Below, in pieces: positions 48,648 to 64,000 of a stretch of 64,000 nt of DNA (positions within the stretch are counted from its first letter, which is position 1; every line of letters begins with the position of its first letter). The notes beneath the pieces were generated by a model that was not told the origin of the DNA, did no database searches, and saw nothing but the letters and a program-made list of their open reading frames with translations. Origin of the DNA: Octopus bimaculoides (taxonomy: Eukaryota); NCBI RefSeq assembly GCF_001194135.2, contig NC_068984.1:43591067-43655066 (forward strand), read 5' to 3'. The translations under genes were made by a program, and so were the position numbers.

Positions 48648-51600
48648 AACTGGATCGAAGTAGTAGTGGGAGTGGATATATAATATTTAGAATTATGCAA
48701 AATATTTTTGAATCTATCATTCAATCCTTTAAAAAAAAAGAAAGAACAATTTCAAACAAATAAAAGCTGAAACAAATTACTAACTTGGTATTTATATAAC
48801 TTCCGTTATTTTCTTCGCCAGTCTTATTAAACAATAATTTTAACATACGGGTTTGCAGTAATCAACACTTCTAAGTATACGATAATTATGTAGTAAAAGA
48901 TAAATCTGGTTCTTTTTACAGTAAAACATAGAATGAAAAGTAAAAATACTAAATATACCGAAATACAATTTATATGTTTCCTATATATATATGTATTCTG
49001 AAGAATGATTCATGTGGGCATATGCCAAGTTCTTGAAAAAGAAAAAAAAACTGCATAGATATCGGCGTAGCCAGTTTATGGCTCGTTAGCCAACGTGAAG
49101 ATCAGCTTAACCTTGCTGATCTGCTGAGAGACAGAAAGTTGTAGATACATAGAAAATACAGCTTAACATACAGAACAATGAGGTTGATATCCCATATTGG
49201 CGTTACTTTATCGACTATTAATAATTTTCTTTACTTCCAGTGCATCAGGCAAGGTAACTAATTTAGTATACCAAAAGTATATGTTTGAAACATATAATGA
49301 AACCCGGGTTATACTTTAAAATTTCGTCAAAATGGATGGAATATACTTTGGTATAACAAATATTTTAGGTTTTATGCCGTCTTCAATGTAAAGAGTAATC
49401 GTCAACCAAATACAAAATTTGGTGCAAGTTTTATGCAAATTTAGTGCTCGCTTGAAAAACTTTATCTCCTCACTTGCACCAATAATACCTTTTGGAATGA
49501 AAAGATCACAATATTTCATATTTCCAGTAAGTATGAAAGTGCATAAATAATTATTAGAAGGTATTACAGTATTGCCGTTGTGGAATTTTGTTCCATTCAT
49601 ATTGAAATTCTGAAGGAAAATCAATAGCACTGTATTATAAGCAAATTATGGAAATATAGAATATAAAGATTCCAAATCTAAACATTAAAACCGAAGAAAC
49701 TAAAAATAAACAGAAAAACCAAGAGTTCTGCTATAAAACACAAAAAAATCGTGGTTATCAACTTTACTTTTCTTTTAAGAAGCATCTCTTTTTTTTATAC
49801 ACTTTATTGACATTGTTATGCTATGTCCATCAAATTTTAATAATCTCTCACATAACATAACCAAGACTACATCCCATAAGACCGCGGTTACTTCTTCAGA
49901 ATACGATATTTCAAATTTATATAAATGATAAGGTTTTTACACTGAACAGATATGCCATACACCAGGGTTAGGATACTATCCGCATGAATGAGATAATACA
50001 TTCACAATAACAATTATGGAATACAGAGAAAGAAACACCCTGATAGTTTTGCAACCAGTGGCATATCATTGTTCTTGCTGTCTGTCTCTTGTATGGATAC
50101 GAAACAATCTATTCTTTCTTGATTCTAGTTACTGTTTACCGCCCTCAGCCTAAATTCTTGATCTGCAAATTTGATTTATCGCCCAGTTTAACATGATCCT
50201 TTAGTGCCTATAGCAAGCATTTGGACCGGCTTCCCTATCTAAGAATAATTCGATATCTTGATACGCTACTTCAAATATCTGCAATTCATGAATTGTGGCT
50301 TCTCCATAAATTTACTTCACCAATCTTGAAGTTCCTACACGAAAACGTCACGGACGTTGTCCATATTCCGGTGAATAAACCCCAAAGAAATCTTTTCTTT
50401 GTACATATTTTCTCTTTTCCGTCCTTCCTAGCTTGTCTTATCTTTCATGCATCGAATTAAAAACTGCTCAATCCTTCTACTCAGAACACTTGGATTATTT
50501 ACATGGCTGCTATTTCACTACCACCAATCAAAACAATTCAAATATAAAAGTTAATCACATCGACCTTCAGTACCTACATCTCCCTATCGGGAGGAAGGAA
50601 GAAATAGAGTATGGATGTTGTTGCTTCTCTCCAGATAGAGGAATTAAAAAGAAAGACAGACGAATTTTAGAAAATATCGATCATAAATCCAAATTTATTT
50701 AATGTGGTGGTTTTATTTCTAAAACTCTTTGATATTAAGTTAGGTTGGATAGAATACGATCTGACTGATTTTTTTACAACACACTCACATTCAGACATGG
50801 GCACACACTTATACGCACAAATGATCTTATAAATCACTAATAAACTACGCTGTATAGATTTTAGTCAGCAATACAGACGCACACACATGCACGCACGCAC
50901 ACACAGGCATACACACACAGAGACATACACACACACAAACATACACACACACGCATGCATGCACACACATACATTTACATGCGCGCGCGCACGCATGTAT
51001 ATCGGCAAATGTAAACACTGTCTTTATATACACAACAGATTTTATATGCAATACAGTTTGAACCAATACAATCTAGAGATATATCTTGTAGTACATTAAT
51101 AGAAATGATCTAATGTCTCCAAGAGCATTTAGCTTCAAAATGAACTACACCAGGTGAATACAATATACATCACCGTCACCATCACCACAGAACAGAATGT
51201 AAGTTTATCTTAGGCAATAATTACAGAAGATTTGAGACCAATTTTAAACAAGATGAATTAATGCGGAGAATTTTAAGTGTTTTGCTTCAGAAACATGTCA
51301 ATAGGCTTGCGATGGATATGAAATAGCGAAGTGAGAACTAGAAGTCAAAGAACTTATGTATTCGACCATTTCAACGCCAACTAAAATTCATACACAATGA
51401 AGAATGTCTTCATTTCCTGTTAAAACGATTTACATGAACTACTGTCACTAATATTGGTCAGCATGTCGAAGTGGGATGATAGTCATGAAGAATAAGTGGT
51501 TAATTTTCAAGAAGAAAGAGAACCTTGTTATATGACCATTCAGATTTAAACGTGGCATGTGAGGAGATGCTCGTAAACTTTTCAATAGTATAACATTTTT

Positions 51601-52059
51601 TTCTTTTGCTCTGATGATAGCGGAGGTGGTGAAGTGATGTAAAAGTTCGCTAAAGATAGCTTTAAAAAAAGAGAAATTCTGACATTATACAGATGCACGT
51701 AAAACTAGAGATAAACAAACATGTACAGAGACATAGACTTGAGATCATTACACTTTAAACCGAGGGTAAAAACGAATAAAATAAGAGTGAAAGATGTATT
51801 TAAGCAAAAATAAAAATGTACATATACAAACAACTGTGAATCCTAACTGAAGTTCTCGTGCGGAAGCTAGATAATGTCAATAGAGTAAAAGTAACATTTC
51901 GGATGTGAAATATAAAAAAGAATCTACTGTTATTAATACTTAGTCTACATGTCGACTTCAAAACGCATTAGATCAACACAAGCAGCTGTGTGAGCAGTGA
52001 TTAAGCATTTGTAAGAACTGTGAGTACGATATTAATAATTTCTAACATAGACAAGAAAA

Positions 52060-52230
52060 TTAGAGAAAGGAGTTAGTCGATGAAATCGTCTCCCGCACGT
52101 GACTGGTACTTTATTTTATCGACCTCGAAAAGTTTATCTCGGTGGTATTTTAACTCATAAGTTAAAGAGCCATTATAAAATACAACAAAGCATTTTGTCC
52201 AACGCTCGCGACCTGGTTTTGAATTCTGCT
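52060..52230 (-). mobile_element. SINE family B (other minus copies ~31580-31800, 54010-54130, 54930-55075, 63640-63735; plus copy ~62560-62700)
   Basis: ctggtactttattttatcgacctcgaaa...ggtggtatttaactc...aagcattttgtccaacgc. Confidence 0.7.
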
Positions 52231-55200
52231 TAAATATATTTCACTCCACGTAAATTGCTAATATCTTTGAGAAATGCATAACTATCCACAATATCTATCT
52301 TAAATTGAGAAATGACGAGCTTTTTGAAAGAAAAATGCTATGAAAATTAGCAGAAATAAACAGTTACTAAAAAGTATTTTTCTTTAATTATAGAATGATG
52401 TAAAGTAAACAGGTTGCCCCACAACCTCACCAAAAGACGAATCTCTGATCTTCGATTCCCGGTTCAAATCATTTCATTTCTCTTTATATGGTGTAGGCTG
52501 TCATTGCTCTTGGGGAAGGCAAACCTATCATAGCTTCTTATTGCCTTCCCCCTAGAAGTGCGAGGCCTCTCATTTAGGCAAAAAGAAGAAAAAAAATCAA
52601 TCAATCATTAGAATCTGAAAATGAACAATCAAACAAACACTGTACAAAATAAATAAATAAACGAACATAAAACGGAATTTTAAATAATATAAATTTAATT
52701 GCTATGTTGTTTTCATAGGAAAACAAATTATAGCATGATTATAGTAATTGTGAATTATAAATTAGTGGCAGTTACTAATATTTATGCTTTGTTAAAGAAC
52801 CAAAAAATAACGATAATCTTATTTACTGGTGAAGGTTATTATATCAGAGGTGCTAAACATCGATTGAATTGCAGGGACATAAAATAAAACAAAATAATTC
52901 AGTGAGAGCCTGTATAGTTAGATGAATAAATACATGGTACAAAATCATCACCTTTAACTAACTCCTGCAGAGTTACAGTAGTTGGGCTGAAAGCTGATCA
53001 GAATTAGAGGAAAGGTCGACAGTTCACATACTGTTAATGTTCCTGGTTATTGTCTGTGATGAAGATAACCTTTATGGATCGGCCCATTTACCAGTTAATA
53101 GACGTGTTCGTTTTTAACATTTACACATGAAATTTACCAGCCCTACAGACTAGTGAAACTGATGAGGTAAATGATCAGTTTTAAACACTTGTTACGTGAC
53201 GTCTACAAAATAAAAAAAAATCGTGGGCTAAGTGAACTTTCAGATGGTTCAAGCTTTCAAGAAAGAAACCATTAGGGAAACTTTAGTGTAGGAATTCCGA
53301 ATCATGGAAGAGCAGAGGTGACGAGAGAAGAAAAAACGGGTATAGGGAGGACATGGGTGGAGCAAGCAGTTGTGCAGGTAGCTAATTCGGAGAAGCCAAG
53401 CAAATTCAGAGAAGCCCATAGAAGAGGCAGATAAAGAAGAACCAGCGAGCCTGTGAACTAATGGTTATAGTGTATTAGATAAATTTCAACTCATTGTCGC
53501 TGTAAGTAATGAGTGCATTATGTAATTCTTTATCTCAATTATGAATTCAGATCTTTCTTTTCCTTTTGGACCTCGGCAAAGGTAGCAGGATGTTCTAGTA
53601 TATACGCGCCACGTTCTGCTGACATAAGCTCAATCAATAGGAACTGAAATTTTGTAACAGCTTCTGCAATATGACGCGACGGAAAAGTGAGAGAAGAAAG
53701 ACTTCTAGTTAAAGAATAATTAATTGGTATTAAAAGCAAATAAGATAACAAATTTCTAATTGGCTTCAGCTGAATTCTTTACGACCCATCCTTAAATTTT
53801 GACATCTCTCACGCACAATGTTTTCCCATTTTGACAGAACATATCCTTTTCCCTATTTTTGTCCCTTACAACACAACGTAACTTTAACAGAATTATAAGA
53901 AAACCAAGAAGGCATGTAATCGAAATTTAGAATTGGTACAAGTCCACTCATTTTTAAGGAAAGTATATTATATGAAGTCGATCTCAATTCTTAATTTGTA
54001 CTTAATTTTCCTAACTATAGAAGAATAAAAAGGCAAAGTTTACTGCTGCGGGATTTGAAATAAGAACGTAGAAACTAAATACTGCAAAGCATTTTGCCCG
54101 AGGGCTCTAACGATTGTGTTACTCCACAGCTTAAACAGCATATATAACTGACATATATTAATGTCTGTAATGAGTTGTATGTGGCATCTAACACTTAATG
54201 TTTATTATCGTTACAATACTAATGGTCTGTCGAAAGTTAGAGTTAAGTACTACAACGATTATAAATTAAAAACTTTGAAGAATGACTGATATTTTGATAA
54301 TTTGAAGCGATGACAGATTCATTTCGCTCCGACAAGATTAGTTCTCAGAACAACATAATATCAAGTTTATATCGCTATATCATAACTCTGCACCTTAATG
54401 GTCCTGTTTGATATATGCAGAAGTTTAAACACTATTAGCCTAGTGACCAATCAAAACGATAGAGTTTCTACTTATGTAAAATTTCAGCTGTTCGTATTTT
54501 ATCAACAACACTTTGTTGTTATTTAGGGGTCATTTATATACATCTTAATTAGTTCACAGCGATGTGAAAAGATACCGAACAGTAGTTAGAAACAAGGGGA
54601 AGGAGTACTGTATAAATGACGAGAATTTCTATTGTCTTGCAGTGTTGGGTTAACGTCCTATGATAACTTGGAGACCGGTGCTTTGGCGATGTCTTCAAAT
54701 GGTGACACTTTGATCAATTGGCTACAAGGCTGTTAGATATTATTGCTTTTAGACAGTATGATGGGTATACTGGAAATCATGCACATTGTATATATTTCTC
54801 TGAGGTTTGTTGATGAGCCATTTATTGAATTTTGTAAAATGTGAAGAGTAAAAAAACAAACGAAGCCGTTCAAGAAATATCTGTATTCTTTTTTTTTAAC
54901 GTTGATACAAGGTTATATATTAATAAAAAGGGACTACAGTCGACTGAATCGACTTCGATACATCTATTATTTTATCTAAGCAAGATACATGATATTCAAC
55001 GTCAATCTCGGTGGGATTTGAACTCAGAAACGTGAAGGGACAGAACTAAATACCACGGAGGCATTTCAGCGCACAACGCTCCCCAGTTTCGACTTTCCAT
55101 TTATTATAAGTCATTAAATTATGTACCAGAATTATATTTGGAACCTTAAACATTAAATTTCTTTTAGATAGGCTTATGTGGATGTAGACATCGCTATTAA

Positions 55201-57023
55201 ATGAAACTTTCACGTCGGTAGAAAGATTAAGCTTTTTTCCTTTCTTCGAGGATAAAATTCTTTAAAGCATGCTCTCAACTCATCAGATGATATAACATTC
55301 GGAATGACTGCCTGAGTTTACCTACAATCAGAAGAGAACAAAACTGTGGCAGCATTCATGATGTCAGTGTTACTTTGGGGATTTTGTCAGGTGCAATAGA
55401 GAGCTTCAAATGAATGCAAGTCTGAGTAACATTATGTTCTCTCCGTATAATGTCAGCTTGGTTTGCTTTAGAACCTCTGCCTACAAGTGTTCGTTATTAG
55501 TATTACACATGGAACTAACGTTAATAGTAGAACTAGCAGACTTGCAATATGTACATCATGCGAACTGAACTACAGCAAATCCAGATGAGACCACTGCAAT
55601 AGCAATCTACTTGAGTGAACGAACGAGCTAATTAAATTGATCAAAAATGTATTAGCTGTTCCACCAAAATATCATAGAAAATTATTCCTCCTGAGTTAAA
55701 TGTTACCAATTGCTTGATCATTGTTAAAACGTTTTGTGATTCATTTTGGTGGATTTTCCAATTGTTTAATAGCTCAACTAAGAGCTGCAGTTCTTATTGA
55801 ATCTGGTAGTACATAGTTTTTAAGATCATTTCCAACTATAGATTGTACAGTATTTTTTTAATGACGATTTGTAGTTGGTTGTGCATGGCAAAGTTAAGCT
55901 ATAGGTGTAGGATAATTTTTTACTCTTTTTCTGCACGATACTGTATGACTTTTGTCATGTTGATTTGGTGATTATGCCACTGCTGCTGTGAATTGCATGA
56001 TGAAGAAGCTTAGGAAATTTTAGAAAAGTAGTTCATCATCTTTATTGAAAAACGTGAAACTGCAGCCTCTCCAACGGTACTGCTACAACCTGCATAAGCT
56101 CCAGAGACACAGCTTCTCTGGGAAGCAAGCAAATATTTTGACGTCCTAGAATGAGGTACATCTCTGACAGGAGCTGCCAGAAATTTATGTACACTACCAA
56201 ACTTCTGCATCTAAAAGTCGAACCATTTTACAAACCTGTCTGTAAGCAAAAATGGTTCCTCAGTATAATCCGGAAAAAAAGACATGAGAAAATATATGTT
56301 GCTTACGTGTCAACATGTGTGGTTCAGGGACCGTAATTCTGGAATTTACTGTCCTAGATACTTTCCCGTTATGTCATTAGTGATGTGTGACGTGTATTCA
56401 GGTCAACATTATATAAGTTGTTTCACAAATTTAAATTAGTGATAGGTGCGTATATTGTCTACGTATAAGATAACAAGTTCATGAAAAAGCCTGTCTGTAT
56501 ATCTAAATATACGAATCAACATAATTTTGGATATCTGTTAGCCTCATGCTAGAGGCAGGTGTGGGAGTAGATCATGGTCATATATTCATATAGTTATGGT
56601 CATATATTCATATAGTTATGCTCAAAAAGTTAGAAACATTAGAAAGTTAAAGTGAATTATAAGAAACAGAAAATGAAAGAGCAAGGGAAAAAACTTGATG
56701 GTATCCTTCTTGTGGAAGGATTTCATTTATAGCAGAGCGGCTCTCTAAGATGGTGTATGATCCAGAAGTTGAGCTCTCCAAGTGATCAGAATGGATTTGT
56801 CCGCAAGTGAACCTCTCGTAAAGATTTCATTTCGAGAGTTAAGGCAGTCCCTGGAGATATTAAAGCAATGTAAAATTTGTGCTTTTTTTTTGTTAGATAG
56901 AGCAGGCGCTTAGTTTCGTTTATATAGGCTTTTGGTTCTTCTCATACTCTACTAGTTATTTCAGTCTTTCCTTCATGGCCTGCCAAATGTATTGGATGTC
57001 TGCTTGTCTGGATGCTTCAAACG

Positions 57024-57061
<38 letters not shown>

Positions 57062-57189
57062 CTCTAAAATCTTCACTTCTTATATGTCATCATCCATGCG
57101 TATCTAAACTTTTTCCTTCACACACACATACGTACACACACAAACACACACACACATGCACACACACACACACACACACGCACACACAC

Positions 57190-57244
<55 letters not shown>

Positions 57245-59097
57245 TGTACGAAGAGAGAAAAGCAGAAGAGACGGCTAAATAATAACCGGCGTAAGGAATG
57301 TATTTATATGTTGTGTATACAAAAGATACAATGTAATTAAATCTCATCTTTACAGTTGTTTCGGATAATCGGTGACTGGTTGCTAAAACGATTTATATTA
57401 TGCAATGACCTCGGAAAGCACTCCATAAATTTAATGAAAATTATAGCCTTTCAATCTCTTTTCGAAAATAGCATTAAAATAATTAACTTTTTAGCAGTCA
57501 CTCTAATATTAAACTCAGGTTTATATTATTCCTGTCATAAACCTTATGAATCCGTACATCATATTAATATGCAATACAATCACCTTAGATCTGTTTTAAA
57601 GTGTCGTCATAATTATTTCCATTAGGATGTCTACCTTCTCTACTAACGTGGATATTTTCAACAATCATGTTCCCTAGTAAACCGAGCTCTCCTTGTGGCA
57701 TTTCCGAGAAAAATTTCCTAATAAAGCCAAAAACGAAACTAGAAAGTATAACGGAGAATGTGAAGTGTACTATTAGCATTAATAACACAAACACTGTGGA
57801 TAATACTTCTACTAGAGAAGGTAGCATAAACATTTGTAATAATAGCAATTGCATGCGTAGTGAGAATACCATTATGACAACAATAATCTTACATGTACCC
57901 CATATGAATAATAATAACAATAACAACAAACTAACAATAATAATATCGATCTTGACGCGACAAATAGTTTATCGCGAGTACCCTGCGATAAGAGAGGCTT
58001 AGAGCAACCTAATTCCCTGGCAACTTATACCCACCACCTCAAAGCTGAGAGTATTCTTTACTACATCTCTTGGTCATACCGTGCCTGTAATTTATATGCC
58101 ATGAGTCCCTTGGAATAATAAGTGCGAATGAAGATTTCCTCCTTAATCGCTTCTCTGACGTAATTACCGCATGTCCTCATCATTATTACATTCTTTTTTC
58201 TTATTAGTATAAATCATTAAGTTCTGACCGAACTAGTTCAGTCTTTTTATTCTCTTCTTTAAGCCCTTGACTTTATTACACTTCTTCCTTAACCATCGTT
58301 AGTTATATTTCGCTACACTTAGAGATATTCTCATCGTCTGCACATTCCACTGGTGTTTTTCTAATTTTCTCTCTCTGTTACTAGTGCGTCGCCTTTCTCC
58401 TGCCTCACTTTTCTCCCTTTCGTATAACCGATTTTTACACTCGACGCGGCTGACATCCTTATCCTGTTAGCGTTTTGCAATTTCTTTTTTCTTCTTACCC
58501 ATCCCCGGTCTACTATGATTTATGCACTTCTTTTGGAAATAGCCGACCCAACCTGATCTTTCTCACTCTTAATATTTATAGCTATCGAGTTTCCTTTTAT
58601 CTTGCCTGCCTAGCCTCTTTATCACTCTTAATCTAATAGCCAATGTTTACTTCTAGTGTCGATAGCTGGCTTCTTACAGCTGATTCACACTCACCTACTC
58701 CACCCTTCCTCTTCTCGTCCTTCCCTATCATTATACATATCACAATAACCCCTCCTCTAATTTCTATCATTCTATTTTTATTGAAATTATATGTATTTAT
58801 AAACAATACTCTCCCTCTCCCCTCTCTCTTTCTCTGCTAATCCATTTGCTCGTGTCTTCTGGTGAAGATATTGTGATTTGTTGCACAGAGTCTATAAAAA
58901 TCCTTGCTAGTTGTTACATCTAAAATATTAATTCAATATTAGTCTTCATTGCATAATGTACTTGTTTTTAATATCCATTAACGATTATCCGAAACAGTTG
59001 TAAAGACACGGATTCTTCTACTTCCGGTGACTGTACCTCCTTTACGTTACCATTTTATTACCAATTCTTTCTATATATATATATATATGAATAGTTA

Positions 59098-59128
<31 letters not shown>

Positions 59129-59236
59129 CGTTCAAAAAGCGCATAATACAAATACAACTAAGCACAAACAAACAGGACAAAAGAAAAGATATACAGAAGA
59201 GAGCCAGATCCTCTTCAGTTATCGCCTTTATCCAAA

Positions 59237-59304
<68 letters not shown>

Positions 59305-59520
59305 ATAAGCACACGCACACACATACACACACGTATACGCACATATATTACGTTAATTTCCAATTACAAACCTCAACATATATGTGTGTGTGTGTACGTG
59401 TGCGTGTGTATGTATGTATGTATGTATCTATCTATCTACACACACACATATACACACATACATGCTTACATACATGCATACATACATACGTACGTATATA
59501 CATGCATACATACATATTTC

Positions 59521-59556
<36 letters not shown>

Positions 59557-59566
59557 NNNNNNNNNN

Positions 59567-59599
<33 letters not shown>

Positions 59600-61941
59600 G
59601 AAATACAGTTAGTTTACTTATTTCGTCCATGGTTCAGAGGAGAGGTGTCATGATATTTTTATGTGGTAAATATTGAATTTCTTAACAAATGAAGTTGGTT
59701 ACATCATGTATATCCTGCAGCTATAAAATACTTTACATAGTCATCAATATTTTTGTTTTCAATGATGTTATTGAGATAATTACTAATTGGCATTAGCAAT
59801 TTCTTTAAATTTGAATTTGGCGCCATTTCGGCAAAAATGTTATTGTTTGGACTTTGCTTCTGTTTTTGTAATGGTATCGAAAAAATATATTGGAAAACGG
59901 TTAAATTTAAAGTAGTCATTTGTATTTTTTGTATATGTAGTTGCTGTTATTTCTTTATGGTTTGTAATTTATAAATTAGTGGAAGTTATGGGAGAAAACC
60001 TACGCAAAATTCATATAAAGAGTTGCTTAGGTACCAATTACATGGAAGGAAACTATCTTTTGATGATTGTTGTTATTTTCTTGTCAACGTTAAGAACAAC
60101 AATCGAAATAAGCAGTGGGAGTGGATACAACCTGGCTAAAATCATTAAAAACACCTTAGTATGTAGTTAAGAAAATTCACTTTGCAACCACGTAATTTTA
60201 GGTTCATTCTCACAGGGTTACATCACGGGTAAATGTTATTTACTATAGTCTCGGGCCAACTGATGCTTTGTGCGTGAATTTGTTGCACGGAAATTGTTTG
60301 GAAGCTTGGTTAAGTGTGTATTGTAAATGTATATATATATATATATNNNNNNNNNNNNNNNNNNNNNNNNNNNNNNNNNNNNNNNNNNNNNNNNNNNNNN
60401 NNNNNNNNNNNNNNNNNNNNNNNNNNNNNNNNNNNNNNNNNNNNNNNNNNNNNNNNNNNNNNNNNNNNNNNNNNNNNNNNNNNNNNNNNNNNNNNNNNNN
60501 NNNNNNNNNNNNNNNNNNNNNNNNNNNNNNNNNNNNNNNNNNNNNNNNNNNNNNNNNNNNNNNNNNNNNNNNNNNNNNNNNNNNNNNNNNNNNNNNNNNN
60601 NNNNNNNNNNNNNNNNNNNNNNNNNNNNNNNNNNNNNNNNNNNNNNNNNNNNNNNNNNNNNNNNNNNNNNNNNNNNNNNNNNNNNNNNNNNNNNNNNNNN
60701 NNNNNNNNNNNNNNNNNNNNNNNNNNNNNNNNNNNNNNNNNNNNNNNNNNNNNNNNNNNNNNNNNNNNNNNNNNNNNNNNNNNNNNNNNNNNNNNNNNNN
60801 NNNNNNNNNNNNNNNNNNNNNNNNNNNNNNNNNNNNNNNNNNNNNNNNNNNNNNNNNNNNNNNNNNNNNNNNNNNNNNNNNNNNNNNNNNNNNNNNNNNN
60901 NNNNNNNNNNNNNNNNNNNNNNNNNNNNNNNNNNNNNNNNNNNNNNNNNNNNNNNNNNNNNNNNNNNNNNNNNNNNNNNNNNNNNNNNNNNNNNNNNNNN
61001 NNNNNNNNNNNNNNNNNNNNNNNNNNNNNNNNNNNNNNNNNNNNNNNNNNNNNNNNNNNNNNNNNNNNNNNNNNNNNNNNNNNNNNNNNNNNNNNNNNNN
61101 NNNNNNNNNNNNNNNNNNNNNNNNNNNNNNNNNNNNNNNNNNNNNNNNNNNNNNNNNNNNNNNNNNTATATATATATATATATATATCACAGGGAAAGCA
61201 GAGAATACCTTGTCACAAATTTGGCATTTGGCATAAACATATGAACTGATTTAAACTGAGACCAAAAAAATGAGCATTCTCAGACAACTGTAAAATATGA
61301 TAGTTGCTTTGTAGAGTTGAGAATCAAGCGAAGAGAAATAGCTGACCCTCATGTGATGGAGCAACCCCGCCAAAGGAAAACAGATAGATAGATGGTAGAT
61401 GTAGGGAAAGAGTAACGTGTGTTTGTGCTGTTGTAGTTTTGAATAATGGGACATTATGATAGCGTTTGCAATGATTGGTTTTGATAGAGGCAATACTTTT
61501 TTAAGGAATCGAAATCGTTGGAACTTTGACGAATGAAATAAGATTTATGCATGCATTTGTATATGCAATTGTGTGTGTATATATGTGTGTGTGTGAGTAT
61601 GTACACGCACACATAAGTAAACTTAAAACTTGCAGGATTCTGTTGTTCTAAGAAGAATGTATTTAAAACTGATTTTTCAACTTTGCACTAGAAACATGTT
61701 GCACGAAATCAATATCATAGGGGTTTCTTCGCAAAAGATCAAGATATATACCGATTGCAACGTCAATGAATATCGTTTAAGATATTCGTTATATTCTTAT
61801 GTGATGGCTGCTTGTCCACGATTATTTTTAATCAGCAGCAACAGTGGGCATTCATGCTTCCACTAGAAAGATTTTTGTCTGGATAAAGGAGTCTTGTCTA
61901 TGTATTTAGTGTGTATTTGTGTAAGTGTGGGAGAATATGTA

Positions 61942-61979
<38 letters not shown>

Positions 61980-64000
61980 AAAAGAGAAAGAATTTGTGTT
62001 CATAAGAGGAATGTTGCGAAAGGTAAAGGATGAGGCAAAAAAAAGCATATACGTACATCGTTATTAAAGTATCTTAAAGGCAAAAGGCAAACAGAAATAC
62101 ACATACAATCATTTATACCAACACACACAAAGAGAGAGAGGCAGACAGACTGAAAGAGAGAGAGATGAGCAGAGAGAGAGAGAGAGAAGGAGAGAGACAG
62201 GAAGACATATGAAGAGGGGAATAGATAGAGATAGGGTAAGAGCTTATTTTTATTAAAACTGAAAATTTCTTGATGTTCATCTTCATAAAATCAAACAGTT
62301 AAAACACAATCCTTTATTCTGACTCTTTCAGGAAGGGTTGAGATTCTTTTTGTTTTTATAAGAATATAACTATTTTTCTAATAATTCAACTCTAATATGT
62401 AGAAGACTTACACACTTTTAGTCTGAAAGATCGGTGGTGTTAAATTTTTTCGGCTTGAAAGTATATCACATTCTAATTGGTATCACTTCGATCTAATCCA
62501 GCGTAATTATTGTTTTGTTTTTTTCGTTTCTTTTAAGTTTAATAATCCAAGTATTGAAGAGTAAGGAGTAAAAGCATAGATTGTCTTGGGGCATTCGTTT
62601 CGGTCCTCTGCACTCTGAGATAAAATGCCATCGAAATCAACTTTGACTTAATACTTCTGAGATCGATAAGTAAAGTACCACTCACATACCGAGATCGATT
62701 ATTCTGTTTATTTCTCGCTTTTTCTTTCTATCTGAATCTCTCTGTGGAAGAAATTGACTGTGGTCAAAACTAGAGAAGGATGGGCTCCCTCAAATTTGAT
62801 AACGTCCAAGATGTCGCATGCCGTGACAGCGACCTACGACTCCATCAGGAGTTTACGGCCCTAGTCTAAACCGTTCGGAAATTCAAGTTCTGTTTCCCTT
62901 CCTTATGGACAATCATTCTTGCTCTCCTTCTCTTGAAGTCAACAAAGTTGATTTCCCGTTAATGGATACTTCTAGTATGTAGTAGTCGTGATGAATCTCC
63001 ATCGTTTCACAGTGAGAGTTCAAGTGTTCAATTAGCTGAATTATCTGCGCTTGAATGGAAGCGTAAGTGGCGGAGCATTCTACAGACACGTATGCCTTTA
63101 TAAAGTGATTCTCAGGCAAAATCAGTGTGACTCACTGTAGTACAAGGTTGTACTTTTTAAATTACTGGTAAAAATCCATCCGACAGACTTCTATACAGTT
63201 TCCGTCTATCCACTTTCACTCAAAAGTTATGAGTCAACCCGATGCCATAGAAAATTATGCACGATACCACACCATGGGAATGGAACCGTGACCTAATGTT
63301 TGCAAAACAAATTCTTAACCATTCTGCTATGCTATACGTACACACGCATTGCATCAGCGGTTTGTATAAATAGGGCTACATCTTCCTATGTAATATGTTC
63401 TAATTTGTGACATCAGGATGTGATTGAGGGAAATTTACTTACTATAACTAACTGGTTGGGTATCCACGCAGAAGTCTTCACTGATTAACTCCAGGTAAAC
63501 TTTGTTATTTTTCAGTCGTTGTCGAACGAAACTACAATATAAAATCCTGTCGTTTCTAATACTGATAGAATAATTTATCAGAATGTTAAACTTCGTTTTT
63601 GACTTCATGAGCTCACACAGATAGTAAAATATACATTCCACATATTTGTGGCATCGTAGATGATAATAGTGTTCAACTGGTGCTAACTTAATCGACCCCG
63701 AAGGGATAAAAGACACAGTCGACCCTTTAATTATTAAGTTCATAAATGCTTAGACTAAAGGCCTTATCATAGCAAATTTCGTGCTTCTACGCACTGAGTT
63801 CGTAGTCTTGGGTTTTCATCTTTTGCAGGGTCGAAGCGATATTCCGAATACCAGAATATGCCAGGATAGATTTTATCGACTATGTGCTCCTGAGATATTT
63901 GCAGCCTTATTAAAACATGAAGAATCAGCAATATATATTATTCTCTAATTCTCTAAATGTTCTCAGATTTTAAAATGCCACTGTTTACCAAAACATCGTT

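Noticed and set aside
50221-50702. Two overlapping plus-strand ORFs (79 and 89 aa)
   Set aside because: No recognisable motif; lengths are compatible with chance.
57667-58002. 111-aa plus-strand Asn/Thr-rich ORF as an independent gene
   Set aside because: Low complexity, no recognisable domain and no splice support.
62913-63119. 68-aa minus ORF in a relatively GC-rich patch
   Set aside because: No recognisable family; could be a TE relic or exon, but unsupported without a search.

Overview
AT-rich, microsatellite- and TE-laden animal genomic DNA with nine N-gaps, most next to (TA)n arrays. The repeat families look like cephalopod (Octopus-type) SINEs and LINEs; this is inferred from recall, not from a search. 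One host gene dominates: a Shaw/Kv3 (KCNC) voltage-gated K+ channel on the minus strand. Its T1-domain exon (CDS 47253-46744) is joined through a 30.3-kb phase-0 intron to a 916-bp S1-S6 exon (16396-15481) that ends at a strong phase-1 donor. The true C-terminal exon(s) are unresolved. I found phase-compatible candidates at ~14.6 kb, ~9.7 kb and ~7.4 kb that would add Trp-containing hydrophobic tails, plus a short read-through end. The rest is decayed Tc1/mariner, hAT, RTE, R4/Dong-like, L2/Crack-like and Penelope elements and SINEs. It also holds three long intronic fold-backs, six hammerhead-ribozyme-like relics and a visible CpG-density step near 42 kb. No tRNA, rRNA or CRISPR array is supported.
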